This document shows positions 51,890 through 64,000 of a stretch of 64,000 nucleotides of DNA, one piece after another. Origin of the DNA: Octopus vulgaris (lineage: Eukaryota); contig OX597829.1 of NCBI GenBank assembly GCA_951406725.2, forward strand, positions 53,134,001 through 53,198,000, written 5' to 3'. A model generated the notes under the pieces. That model was given only the letters and a program-made list of their open reading frames with translations. It was not told where the DNA came from and ran no database searches. The position numbers and the translations under genes are program-made. How positions within the stretch are numbered: the stretch's first letter is position 1; each line of letters opens with the position of its first letter.

Positions 51890-52687
51890 TTAAAATCAAA
51901 ATGAGGGTGAAAAAATTGTATATTAATTTAATAACATCAATTTAAACACCAGTGGTCTAGCGCATAAAAAACTGAGATTCAGTAAATATTATTGACACAT
52001 AAATATGAGAGAGAATCCACTATACTGGACGCCCTTAAATGTTAAAATATATGGCGTGCAGTTCGACAAAGTATATTTCTGACGGACTCCACTGAGGATC
52101 TGCAAATTAATTGTGTAGTGGCTGTGTGGTAAGTAGCTTGCTAACCAACCACGTGGTTCCAGGTTCAGTCCCACTGCGTGGCATCTTGGGCAAATGTCTT
52201 CTGCTATAGATCCGGGCCAACCAATGCCTTGTGAGTGGATTTGGTTGACGGAAACTGAAAGAAGCCTGTCGTATATATGTATATATATATATGTATGTGT
52301 GTGTGTTTGTCTCCCTAGCATTGCTTGACAACCGATGCTGGTGTGTTTACGTCTCCGTAACTTAGCGGTTCGGCAAAAGAGACCGATAGAATAAGTACTG
52401 GGCTTACAAAGAATAAGTCCCGGGGCGATTTGCTCGACTAAAGGCGGTGCTCCAGCATGGCCGCAGTCAAATGACTGAAACAAGTAAAAGAGTAAAAGAG
52501 TAAAGAGAGTAATTTATTAACAGTGAAACATTTGTAAGGGGTTAATCTATATTTTTGTTATTTTTCATTTGTCCTGCTCGCTTAAGTTTTTCTTGAGAAC
52601 AATTTTTAGTGGTTGAGACTCATGCGGATCTCTCTTTAGCGTAAGGGCATCCAGTTTAGTGGATTCTTTCTCATATGTGTATTAATA

Positions 52688-52690
<3 letters not shown>
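51890..52690 (+). mobile_element. Penelope-type fold-back element whose hammerhead is split by a SINE
   Basis: 52003-52037 is inverted relative to 52642-52676. CTGAGGA at 52092 and GAAAC..GTA at 52525-52536. The left end is related to 60490-60570. Confidence 0.6.
52116..52510 (+). mobile_element. tRNA-derived CORE-like SINE
   Basis: Same family. Confidence 0.87.
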
Positions 52691-52726
<36 letters not shown>

Positions 52727-52886
52727 CGCAGGAGTGGCTGTGTGGTAAGTAGCTTGCTTACCAACCACATGGTTCCGGGTTCAGTCCCACTGCATAGCAC
52801 CTAGAGCAAGTGTCTTCCACTATATCATCGGGTCAACCAAAGACTTGTGAGTGGAGTTGGTAGACAGAAACTGAAAGAAGCCTGTC

Positions 52887-52947
<61 letters not shown>

Positions 52948-52959
52948 AAAACGATAAAC

Positions 52960-53260
52960 GTTGCCCTTTTCAAGTCTAGCCAGGCTCATGGGCCCGGTTT
53001 CCCGATTTCTGCGGTGTATGTGATCCCCCCAGCTGGCCAGGACACCAGTCCATTGCAGCATTACTCAAGAAACAGGAAGAGAGAGTGAGAGAAAGGTGTA
53101 GCGAAAGAATTCAACAGGGGTCGCCACCACCCCCTGCTGGAGCTTTGGGGAGCCTTTAGGTGTTTTTGCTCAATAAACACACACAATGCCCGGTCTGGGA
53201 ATCGAAACCGTGATCCTCCGACCACGAGTCCGCTGCCCTAACCACTGGACCATTGCGCCT
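52960..53260 (-). mobile_element. tRNA-derived SINE with V-domain-like motif
   Basis: Head GGCGCAATGGTCCAGTGGTTAGGGCAGCGGACTC...GTTTCGATTCCC; central CTGCAATGGACTGGTGTCCTGGCCAG resembles the V-SINE motif. Confidence 0.65.
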
Positions 53261-53707
53261 CAACACACATATATGCCTTACTGGCACTTGTGCCGGTGTG
53301 CAGGTCATACATAAAAAAAACACGATTTTTTCATGACTGTTGCCTGTACCGCCTGATTGGCCCTCGTGCCAGTGGCATGTAAAAGCACCCACTACACTCT
53401 CGGAGTGGTTAGCATAAGAAGGGCATCTAGCTGTAGAAACTCTGCCAGATCAAGATTGGAGCCTGGTGCAGCCATCTGGATCGCCAGTCCTCAGTCAAAT
53501 CGTCCAGCCCATGCTAGCATGGAAAGCCGACATTAAACGATGATGATGATGATGATGACACACATGACAAGCTTCTTTTAGTTTCCATCTACCAAATCTA
53601 CTCACAAGGCTTTGGTCGAGCCAGGGCTATAGTAAAATACACTTGGCCAAGGTACCATACAATGGGACTGAACTCAGAACCGTGTGGTTGAAAAGCAAGC
53701 TTCTAAC

Positions 53708-53747
<40 letters not shown>

Positions 53748-54140
53748 CAGCAGCAGCAGAACCAGCAGTAGCATCATTTAACATCGGCTTTCCATGTTGG
53801 CATGAGTTGGACAGTTCGGCAGAAGCTGGTTAAGCAGAAGACTGCACTAGGCTTCTGTTTATGTTTTGGCATGGTTTTTACAGCTGGGTGCCCTTCCTAA
53901 CACCAACCATTTTACACTGTAGACTAGATGCTTTATATATATATATATATATATATACTAATTAATTAAGGGTTCAGCAACGATTTGCCTCACCACACAC
54001 CGAATTTAGAAATAGCAGTCAAAAAGTTTTGGCTATTCTTTCTACTTAAAAGGGAGATCCCAGTAAAACCAAAGCACTTAAAAAACAAACAACGCAGGCA
54101 AAAGAGAAAGAAATGACGAAAATCATTCTATATTAAGTTA

Positions 54141-54231
54141 CCTATGGACGCACGTTTTGGAATTAAGTCATAGCAGAGCATAAAAATTAAATAATTATGT
54201 CTTACCTGACCATTTTCCTCTTCAGCGTAGG
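54141..54231 (-). ncRNA. Decayed type I hammerhead-like motif inside a (TA)n-flanked element of about 360 bp (53958-54316)
   Basis: CCTACG CTGAAGA GGAA...TTCC AAAAC GTGC GTC CATAGG: stems I and II plus GUC triplet; the G12>A and stem I changes both fit CpG decay. Confidence 0.65.
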
Positions 54232-54825
54232 ACTCTTCAATTATAAATAATTGCGTCTCAATTATTAATAATTATGTATTAGATTTGAAGGCACTAGAAT
54301 ACATCACCTCAACTCATATATATATATATATATAGTCAATTGAAGTAAGCAAATAAAAAAAAAGGAAAATAATGAATGTGAGGATGTGCACAAGAAGCAT
54401 ATTAACTCGATGCTTGGTGAAAGAAGAGAGTTTAAAGTTTCTAGCAAAGCTCTTCATTGGGAAGGAGAAAGGGAAAAGTCCAAAGAAGGAGAAGAAGAAA
54501 TCACCAATGGCACACATGTAATTAGATGTTCCAGGGTGTGTAAGATATTTGAGGATATACATTTTTTGGGTCATTAATGCATTTTTTGCTAACTCTGTAT
54601 AATCTTTGTTTTAGAAAATAATAATGGCAGACCTTCAGCTTACTCAAGAAATGAAGAGGCATGATGTTGTTGTGGTTATAAAGGCATTGTGGGATATTGT
54701 CTTGTTGTAAGAAGAGAGTTCAGACTTATAAATTTTTCTTAGTCTTGGATAATATTTTTGAGTTACTCTAATCTTTATTCACAGTACCTTAGTATGATAT
54801 ATTTCCGTCAATGCCAAGGTACTTG

Positions 54826-55050
54826 GCGAGCTGGTAGAAACGTTAGCACGCCGGGCGAAATGCTTAGTGGTATTTCGTCTGCGGTTACGTTCTGAGTTCA
54901 AATTCCGCCGAGGCCGACTTTGCCTTTCATCCTTTCGGGGTCGATTAAATAAGTACCAGTTATGCACTGGGGTTGATATAATCGACTTAATCCGTTTGTC
55001 TGTCCTTGTTTGTTCTCTGTGTTTAGCCCCTTGTGGGCAAATAAAGAAAT
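54826..55050 (+). mobile_element. Young Deu/Nin-like SINE with 9-bp TSD
   Basis: AGGTACTTG at 54817-54825 and 55051-55059. Confidence 0.9.
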
Positions 55051-55289
55051 AGGTACTTGTAGCATTCTTTGTGTGGGACAGGAGAGATAGTGAGACCATT
55101 GATACATGGGTTTTGTGTCTGAGGGACTGATTCTCTCCATTCAACAATCAAATAAGAACATTTCTTCTGGCCAAATTCCATACCTGTGTCACCTGAAAAT
55201 ACTGTTATTAATTCCAGTTGTTTTTTTTTTTGGTTTTTGTATTTAGGTTTTTTTTTTTTGGCATGTTAACATTTTTAGACTAAATCTTG

Positions 55290-56720
55290 AGGTTATTCGC
55301 AAAGAAATTATGGATTACATTAATATCTCTTGCAGTTGTGGACCCTAGCATGAAGTCATTTGTTTTTTGTAACAGGAATGATAATGGGTCTAACAGAATT
55401 ACAGAGAGGCTATCTCACTGGAATGTTCCCTTTGAAATGTTTATGGCATTGGAGGCAATCATTCCACTCTCTGTTCTAACTGTGAAGATTGTAGCCCAGG
55501 TCTTTGTGAGCCTCTCAATGGCAGCAATTAAGGTAGAAGGAACTTTTGCCAAAAAGAGACACTTTAGCAGCAGGAATAGAGTCAAATATCTTCCTATAAT
55601 CAAGCCATAATGTTATAAGGCTCCTACAATGTTTTGTTGTTTTTTTTTGCTTTTTTTTTTTACCTGGGAAAATACAGCTTTGTTTAACCAGAAGTTGCTT
55701 GGCACATCCCCATACTCCCTTCTTTCCACCAACCGGCCTGCTCATCAATCGCTATGTTGTTGGACTCGATGATCCTTGAAGAACTGGTTAAGGCAGCCTG
55801 TGTGTAGTTTGCACAAAATGTTTAGGCAATCAATGGGTCTGGAGTTTTCAGGCAACTTCATGGTTTTGTTCTTAGCTATGATAGTCATCCATGCTACAGC
55901 AAAGCCAATTTGGTATATCAATCCAACCTTCCATGGTCTTTTTGAATATACTTATTAGTGGTTTCCTATAAAACGTCAGCCCCTTATGCCATTATCCAAC
56001 TATTAGGTCCCTTCCAGATGCCTTCCCATCATGCAGTTTGCCTATACCTATGGTGAAATTTTCCAAGTCAGTTGTATGTTGATGTTGGTGCAGTGTTCTC
56101 TCTTGGCTGCAATCAGCCACAATGCATTGAAGTTGAAATTCCTCTTTTTGTTCCAGATTTTCAACTGGAATGATTCAAGATCTTTTTGAGAGGGAGCTTC
56201 CTTAACAGTAATATTTTCCTTCCTCATGTCGCTATTTACTCTGTAGATTAGAAGAAGACTTATGATTTACACAGGCCCATTCAAAAGTTCATTTGTGGTA
56301 GTGAAGATTTTCACTCAGAACCTTGGTATCGTGTTTTAGAGTAATCAACCTGCCCTCAAGAGCTTGTTGTGAAGTGTTACCATGCAGCTTTGTTAATTTA
56401 TTTATAATATGTGACTTACATTTTACTATTGCTTGTTGACCATTCAATATGGTGATGTAGATTGTTGATGTTTTCTTCAAATTTTGTTTCCATTGAGGTT
56501 GTTTCAGCTTAGTACTTTTATTACCATGTATTACCATGATTTCTCCTAGGTGTTCTTTAAGAGGTATAACAGCTGTGTATACAAGGATATAAATACTCCA
56601 GTAATTAACATCACATGATTCCATGTGCTCTCCTGCGATATCATCAATAATGTCCAACATCAGAGCTGCTGGATTTTTTCTTAATCTTATTAACGGCCTG
56701 TTACTTAACAATAGTTTCAA
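55290..56720 (-). mobile_element. Very degenerate R4/Dong-like LINE (N-terminal and RT part)
   Basis: GKKGVWGCAKQLLV, ITLWLDYRKIFDSIP, KGTFQ*DSLS; N-terminal YWSIYILVYTAV resembles the 40885-41193 ORF. Confidence 0.7.
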
Positions 56721-57509
56721 AAAAGTAGAAAAGTTTTCAATGAACCAGAATATTTCAAAGTTGAATATATTCTACGGTCGTTTCTGTTGACTCAGCTACA
56801 TTTGGAGAGACAGAACATTTCGGTGATGGCAGCAGTTTGTTTACATTATTTTTGATCACTTTTCTGGAAGGTCTTGAACAGTTTCCCGTGTTTTGAGAAG
56901 ATCAATTTACATCACAAGAGCAAGTCGTTATTCTCTTAAAATAAGATGCTTGTGGTCAAAGTTGTTTTACAGTAAAGGTGCTTGAGTTGGTAGCAAGATT
57001 AATACCAGTATTCTTTTAACCACTTCATATATCTGATAGAATGGTCTTTATGTGCTTTTTCATATCATGTGTGTATGTACATACATACGTACGTTCTCTT
57101 TCTCTTTTTAATCTTAAGTTAATTTTGACCTGCCACCTGCTTAATAGCAAGGTTGTGAAGGAAAGCATCTTGTTTTAAATATCATCCTTTAAATCTAAAC
57201 AAGGTCACACAGATGTTTGTAGTCCCATATATTATAAACATTCATAGCATATGAATTAAGGATTTGTGTTCTCTCCCAAGACCCCAAGTTCAGCTATACT
57301 TAGCTCCAGATGGTTTGCATGTATTTATATGTGTGTGCATGTATGCATGTGTATGTATCCTCTGTTCATTATTACATCTATTTGACAACACAAAATGCAT
57401 CAAAATTTAGACTATTAATATACTTTAAAAACATCAAAATGATATACCTCCTTATCAATACCATATCAGAAGCATGTGGATCCAAGACCAAGCTGCAGAT
57501 GCTCGGTGT

Positions 57510-58207
57510 CATCATCATCATCATCATCATCATCATTTAGCGTCCGCTTTCCATGCTAGCATGGGTTGGACGGGTCAACTGGGGTCTGTGAAGCCAGAAG
57601 GCTTCATCAGGCCCAGTCAGATCTGGCAGTGTTTCTACGGCTGGATGCCCTTCCTAACGCCAACCACTCCGCAAGTGTAGTGGGTGCTTTTTACGTGCCA
57701 CCTGCACAGGTGCCAGACAGAGCTGGCGAACGGCCACGAACGGATGGTGCTTTTACGTGTCACCGGCACGGGGCCAGGCGATGCTGGCAACGGACACGAA
57801 CAGATGGTGCTTTTACGTGCCACTGACACGGGGCCAGACAGAGCTGGCAAACGGCCACGAACGGACGGTGCTTTTACGTGTCACTGGCATGGGGCCAGCC
57901 GAGGCTGGCAACGGACACGAACGGATGGTGCTTTTACGTGCCACCAACACGGGGACAGACAGAGCTGGCAAACGACCACGAACGGACGGTGCTTTTACGT
58001 GTCACCGGCACAGGGCCAGGCGAGGCTGGCAACGAACACGAACGGATGGTGCTTTTACGTGCCACCGACACGGGGGCCAGGCAGAGCTGGCAAACGGCCA
58101 CGAGCGAATGGTGCTTTTACGTATCACCGGCACGGGTGCCAGACGAGGCTGACAGCGGACACGAACGGATGGGTCACTTAACCCCTGCTTTCTGATATAT
58201 GATTTGA
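57510..58207 (-). mobile_element. RTE 3' UTR with eight about 61-bp units
   Basis: Same flanks as 12821-13320, including GGGTCACTTAACCCCTGCTTTCTGATATATGATTTGA. Confidence 0.85.
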
Positions 58208-58489
58208 AATTTGACTGTAAAACTGAATGTTGCAAACTTCAGGATCCTAGCTGCTATATTGGACAGACGAATACAACACTCTCATGTAGGCTCACCATGC
58301 ATTTACAACAAGGCGTATTGCACATTACAACACAAAGCAGAATTAGGTAGGAAAATACTACAGGAAAATATTTACATACTTTATAGAATCCCACACAAAT
58401 ATAGAACACTAATTATGAAAACCATACTCATATTGCAATATAATGCCAAAATTAACACGCGTTGAAAAATTAACGTTTCAATCACTACA

Positions 58490-59560
58490 ATTGTTTCTAT
58501 ACAATGGAGCTTGCATGTCCGAGACCATCATTTATGAAGCCACCATGGATTTTATATCCACTAAAGACACGGTTTCGACAAAGAAATACGTGGGCCTTAG
58601 AGGGGGTAATTTCTGGGCCAGGTTCAATAACCACACCTCAACCTTCAGGCACTGGGATAAAAGGAAAACGACCAAATTATCCAGTCATATATGGTCCTTA
58701 AAAGATAAAGGTGTCAGTTACAACATCCATTGGAAGATCTTAGCCAAGTGTAAGCCCTACACCAACGGCAGTGGAAAGTGCAGTCTTTGTGATATGGAAA
58801 GATGGCTCATCTGGAAAAGCAGCTGAGACCCTGCTACATGTCTGAATTCAAGAACTGAACTTTTCGGATCATGCGACTAAATATTTGTTACGTTTTTGGT
58901 CCCCCCAAGATTACAGATAGGACTTGCTTTCTATATTGTGTCTACATACAAGCTTTTTATCTCTCTATACTTTTTACTTATATTTCTTATATATTTTTTT
59001 ATATATTTATATATTTTTTTTTACATATTTATAGAGATATTGTTTTATAGGTTTATTGCTCATATATGTTTTACACATAATTTTTCTGTATTCTCCCTTC
59101 CACCCTGCATTTTCGCTGTCCGTATATAGACGTGTATATGGAATCTTTTGTGCCCACGTGTGGATGTGTGCGTGTGTGGGTATGTGCATATATAGATGTG
59201 TGTGTGTGCGTGCGTGCATGCCTGTGCATATATAGGCGTGTTTTACTCTTATTGTTTATTTTTTACTCTTTTTTCACACATTTTTCTGTATTTTGCCTTT
59301 AGCCCTACTTTTTCTTGTGCATGTTTATATAGACGCATGTATGAACCTTTTTGTGCACGTGTGTGTGTGTGTATGGGAGTGTATGCAGGTATGTATATAT
59401 TTTTGGTGAATGTGTGGGTGAGTATAAACAGGAACATGAAACTCCGAGTAACAGGTTTTGTTGAATTTCTGCTGCTTTTAAATAAAGAATATTACTCTAC
59501 CACTGGTATTTGAGTACTCTTTTTTCCACCTTGTTTCACATTTATGTGTTTACTCCGGTA
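58490..59560 (+). mobile_element. Penelope-like element 3' part (GIY-YIG endonuclease plus UTR)
   Basis: GACMSETIIYEAT...KKYVGL...FWARFNNHTSTFR...TKLSSHIWSLK...IHWKIL...CSLCDME..I...LNSRTEL. The 3' half of a hammerhead (GAAACTCCGAGTA) is at about 59438. Confidence 0.85.
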
Positions 59561-59587
59561 TATATATATATATATATATATATACAT

Positions 59588-59977
59588 AGGCGCAGGAGTG
59601 GCTGTCTGGTAAGTAGCTTGCTTACCAACCACATGGTTCCGGGTTCAGTCCCACTGCGTGGCATCTTGGGTAAGTGTCTTCTGCTATAACCCCGGGCCGA
59701 CCAAAGCCTTGTGAGTGGATTTGGTAGACGGAAACTGAAAGAAGCCTGTCGTATATATGTATATATATCTATATGTGTGTGTATGTTTGTGTGTCTGTGT
59801 TTGTCCCCCTAGCATTGCTTGACAACCGATGCTGGTGTGTTTATGTCCCCGTTACTTAGCGGTTCGGCAAAAGAGACTGATAGAATAAGTACTGGGCTTA
59901 CAAAGAATAAGTCCCGGGGTCAATTTGCTCGACTAAAGGCGGTGCTCCAGCATGGCCGCAGTCAAATGATTGAAACA
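59588..59977 (+). mobile_element. tRNA-derived CORE-like SINE, full length
   Basis: Same family; inserted next to (TA)n. Confidence 0.87.
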
Positions 59978-60079
59978 TGAACTGAACTATTTAAATCTAT
60001 TCTTTGTATTGAGTTCCCCCATTGTCATTCTTACACTTGCATTGAAATATAACCCTCAGTTTAGCATATATATGTTTGA

Positions 60080-60269
60080 TCGCTAGCCACTAAAGCCTTT
60101 TTTATTTTCTCTGTCTTCTTAGTTCTGTGTTCCTTTCTGCTGAAGAGCGTAGGCTTGAAACGTAAAACATAAAAGCCTTTCTCACTTCCCGAGCATTAAA
60201 CAAATACATCTGTTTGTTGTCTACACCACTTGTCTTCATTTTTTGTTTTGCTTTTTTGTAAATTCCAAC

Positions 60270-60272
<3 letters not shown>
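60080..60272 (+). mobile_element. Short non-coding repeat with hammerhead-like module
   Basis: CTTT CTGCTGA A GAGC-GTAG-GCTT GAAAC GTA AAA at 60133-60167; ends in (TA)n. Confidence 0.6.
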
Positions 60273-60319
<47 letters not shown>

Positions 60320-60364
60320 CACACACATCACGCATATATGAGTACATGCATGCACATGCACATA

Positions 60365-60414
<50 letters not shown>

Positions 60415-60565
60415 AAGAGAGAATATATATATATGTGTATGAATATATATATATGTATGTATATATATATAGTATCGTCTCCCTGGTTTGTTATGTGCTA
60501 GGTCACTTGGTGTTAAACCAATGGTATTATTAAATTAATATCTAATTTTTCACCCTCATTTTTGA

Positions 60566-60619
<54 letters not shown>

Positions 60620-60672
60620 GTGCATGTGCATGTGTGTACACGTGTATGTTTGTGTATGTGTGGGTATTCTCC

Positions 60673-60725
<53 letters not shown>

Positions 60726-60955
60726 TACACACACACACACACACATACGCACGCACACACATATGTTCGCATATGGGTGAGTGTTATTTATTGAAATGAA
60801 AATATATCATTCAGCTTTCCGTGAAGAGATAATGAGGGCTGTGAATCTCTAAACCAACAACAACAACAACAATATCTACATTGTAAATGTTTTCTTGTTT
60901 CGTTTATCTTTTTAAGTTCAACAGTGTTTATTAAGAGATTACAGCCAAGCATGGG

Positions 60956-60988
<33 letters not shown>

Positions 60989-61090
60989 CGACCATGTAGA
61001 GGAGGAAGAGGAGTGGAGTGGAGGAGGAGCAAGATAATGATGATGAGTCGACACAGTAATTACTATATATAATAAATAAGCTGATTATTT

Positions 61091-61122
<32 letters not shown>

Positions 61123-61670
61123 GTTATTATATAAGATATTAATAATAATAATATTTTCTTTTATTATTGACATAAGGGTGTAGGATGAGGGAGCATTAAA
61201 GGAATGATGACAACGATGGTAATGACAATGATGATGGTGATGATGACGACAACAATGATGATGTCAATGATAACGATGATGATGATGATGGTCATGACAA
61301 CAATGATAACGTTGATGATGATGATGATGACGATAATGATGACGATAATGATGACGATAATGTTATCACCAGAGTACGATGGCTGTTGTTTTTGTTGTTG
61401 TAGTTGTCATTTGTCCATCTTTAACGCTCTGAGTTCAAATTCTGCCAAATTTCATTCTTTTGAGGGGTCAATAAAATAGGTACCAGTCAAGCACTGAGGG
61501 TCAATATAATTCAACAAAACCCCTTCGCCAAAATTCCAGGCCCTGTGCCTAATGTTGGAAGGATTATAAAATTAAAAATATCAAAAAAATAATAGAACTC
61601 ATTATTATTATTGTTGTTGTTATTATTATTATCGTTGTTGTTGTTGTTATTATTATTATTATCGTTGTTG

Positions 61671-61756
<86 letters not shown>

Positions 61757-62313
61757 GAGTGAGAGAGCAGTTCATGCCATCAAAGTGACACTGGGGTAAA
61801 ATATACGAAGCCCAGTATACCCATCATGACTACCCGTCTGATAAGGGTACACCAGGCACATGCATCACAACCATATGTGTGCAACATGGTGATCTCATAT
61901 CAAGATAAACAGTGCATGACCTTGCAGGTGGGGCCCAGTTAGAATTTTCTTCAGATCGAGTAACCCATCCCGCTCAAAAGGTCCCTGAATAAGGGTTGTT
62001 TAAGGATGTTGAACGAAACACCCATGTTTCCAGAGGTGAACTATTCAAACCCCAAAGAATCCCTCTCAACACATGGCTATGATGCTCCCCCACTACTTCT
62101 GCTCGTGATCAGAGATGCACATATCGTCAGCCACTAAGGGCCATGCTCAACTGGTTAAGGTCAAACAACTGACAAGCAAATCTGTGGTATTGAGCAGAAT
62201 ATTTGCTGTAGACCATCTTTTATACCAAGACAAAACAACGTACAAGATAACACTTCCAATCAGTTAAGATCAGAAGCCAAGAGAGCCACTGCCTGGTACT
62301 GCATCAGGGCATT
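61757..62313 (-). mobile_element. Unclassified 557-bp non-coding element embedded in (TAT)n
   Basis: Complex sequence bounded sharply by TAT repeats; partial second copy at 35057; no ORF or TIR seen. Strand inferred from the truncation pattern. Confidence 0.7.
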
Positions 62314-62336
62314 TATTATTATTATCATTATTTTTA

Positions 62337-62394
<58 letters not shown>

Positions 62395-62402
62395 CATTAT
62401 TA

Positions 62403-62460
<58 letters not shown>

Positions 62461-62461
62461 G

Positions 62462-62499
<38 letters not shown>

Positions 62500-62584
62500 G
62501 ATTATTATTATTATGATTATGATTATTATTATGATTATTATTATTATTATTATCAGTAGTTTTATTTTTATAGCGTTATTATTA

Positions 62585-64000
62585 TGCTTTCAGTAGTTTT
62601 ATTTTTCTTGCTTTCACTACCGAGCGCAGCTCTGTGTGCCTTGGGTATGTGCTGTGATTTGTTGTGATGCTCTGATGGTTATTGTATGGAAAGTGCTCTG
62701 CGTAGGATGTGTGCAGTGCCTAGTAGTGCAATTTTCTGTATGATATATGTGTTTGTAAGTCCTGGTGTTTTTGTTATGTATTTGTCTGAATATTTTTTTA
62801 TCATGCCTAATGCACCTACTATGATAGGAATTGTTTCTGTTTTCAGATTCCACATTCTAGTTACCTCTATTTCCAGGTCTTTGTATTTTGAGAGTTTCTC
62901 CATTTCTTTTAGAGACACGTTGTCATCTGCCGGTATTGATACATCAATTAGAAAGCATTTTTTTTCTTCATGATCTCTGACAACTATATCTGGTCTGTTG
63001 GCCTTAATTTCTCTATCTGTGTGTATCGGCATATCCCAGAGTATTTTGCTTTCTCGTTTTCTGTAACCTTTTCTGGTGTGTGCCTATACCATCTTTTTTC
63101 TGTTGTTATTCCATAATGTTGGCATAGCTTCCAGTGTATGTAGGTTCCAACTCTGTCATGTCTGTGAATATATTCCTTCTTAGCCAGGACTGGGCAGCTA
63201 GAGATAATATGATTTATTGTTTCTTGTCCATCTCCACATATTCTGCAGTTACTTGTAATATTTCTTTTCATTACATGTTTTTGGTAATTTCTGGTGGGGA
63301 GGCTTTGGTCTTGTGCTGCAATTAAAAATCCCTCTGTTTCTGCTTTGAGTCCTGAGCTTCTCAACCATTGCTGGGATCTTTCTTTGTCTATTTCTTTTGC
63401 GTTTAGTTTAGTGCAGTATTTACCATGAAGGGGCTTTTCTTGCCATCGTTTTATCATGGTTCGTTGCTGTTCTATTTTTAGTTTGGATTTCATTTGTTTT
63501 ATAGCTTTTGTTGTTTCTTCATCATCTTCTTCTTCTTCTTCTTCGTGTTTATTAGGTGGTATGATTTCTTGTTTGTATTTGTCAGCTTCCTTAAATACTG
63601 AGAACAGTTTTTTGTTTTGCTCGTGTTTTGCTGCTATCTGGATCAGTTTTCCTTCCTTCTGAAGTAGGTATTTTTGCAGTCCTATGGTGGTTATTTTATA
63701 GTAGTTTTCCAGCTGTATAAGGCCTCTACCACCTTCTATACGTTGTATATATAGTCTTTCTATGTCAGATTTTGGGTGATGCATCCTAGATCCTGTCAGT
63801 ATTTTTCTTGTTTTCCTATCTATTTTGGACAGTTCATTTCGTGTCCAGTTAAGGATATTGTAGCTGTAACTTATAACTGGGACAGCTAAAGTGTTGATAC
63901 CTATTATCTTGTTTTTAGCATTGAGCTCTGTTTTTAGTATTGATCTAACTCGTCTATAATATTCTTTTTTTATTTTCTCTTTCATTTGTGTGTGTTGTGT
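62585..64000 (-). mobile_element. Relatively young R4/Dong-like LINE 3' half (RT thumb, CCHC knuckle, RLE) with one frameshift near 63040
   Basis: GGRGLIQL, WLRSSGLKAETEGFLIAAQDQSL, CRICGDGQETINHIISSC, YIHRHD, NRPDIVVRD..CFLIDVSIP..KLSKY; ends in an (AAT)n array at 62314-62560. Confidence 0.95.

Overview
Eukaryotic, AT-rich, repeat-saturated non-coding DNA. It is most likely intronic or intergenic sequence from an octopus (cephalopod) genome; this is inferred from the repeat families and microsatellite load and has not been verified. No host protein-coding gene can be confidently called, and nearly all ORFs in the supplied track are microsatellite or tandem-repeat artefacts. The real coding remnants are all transposon-derived: an uninterrupted RTE-clade reverse transcriptase (1-1456), a CR1-like LINE, several R4/Dong-like RLE LINEs, three Penelope GIY-YIG fragments, and Tc1/Tc3, mariner, maT and Tigger relics. 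Also present are piggyBac-type MITEs, many tRNA-derived SINEs (CORE-like, Deu/Nin-like, V-like) and RTE 3' UTRs with a variable 61/122-bp repeat. The most interesting signal, invisible in the ORF track, is a set of about eight type I hammerhead-ribozyme-like motifs. They sit in short, mostly non-coding elements that are often embedded in (TA)n and folded back as inverted repeats. One joins a tRNA-like Pol III head to a hammerhead and a tandem tail (12562-12820), making it a candidate Penelope-mobilised, ribozyme-bearing SINE or retrozyme. All coordinates and folds were read by eye.
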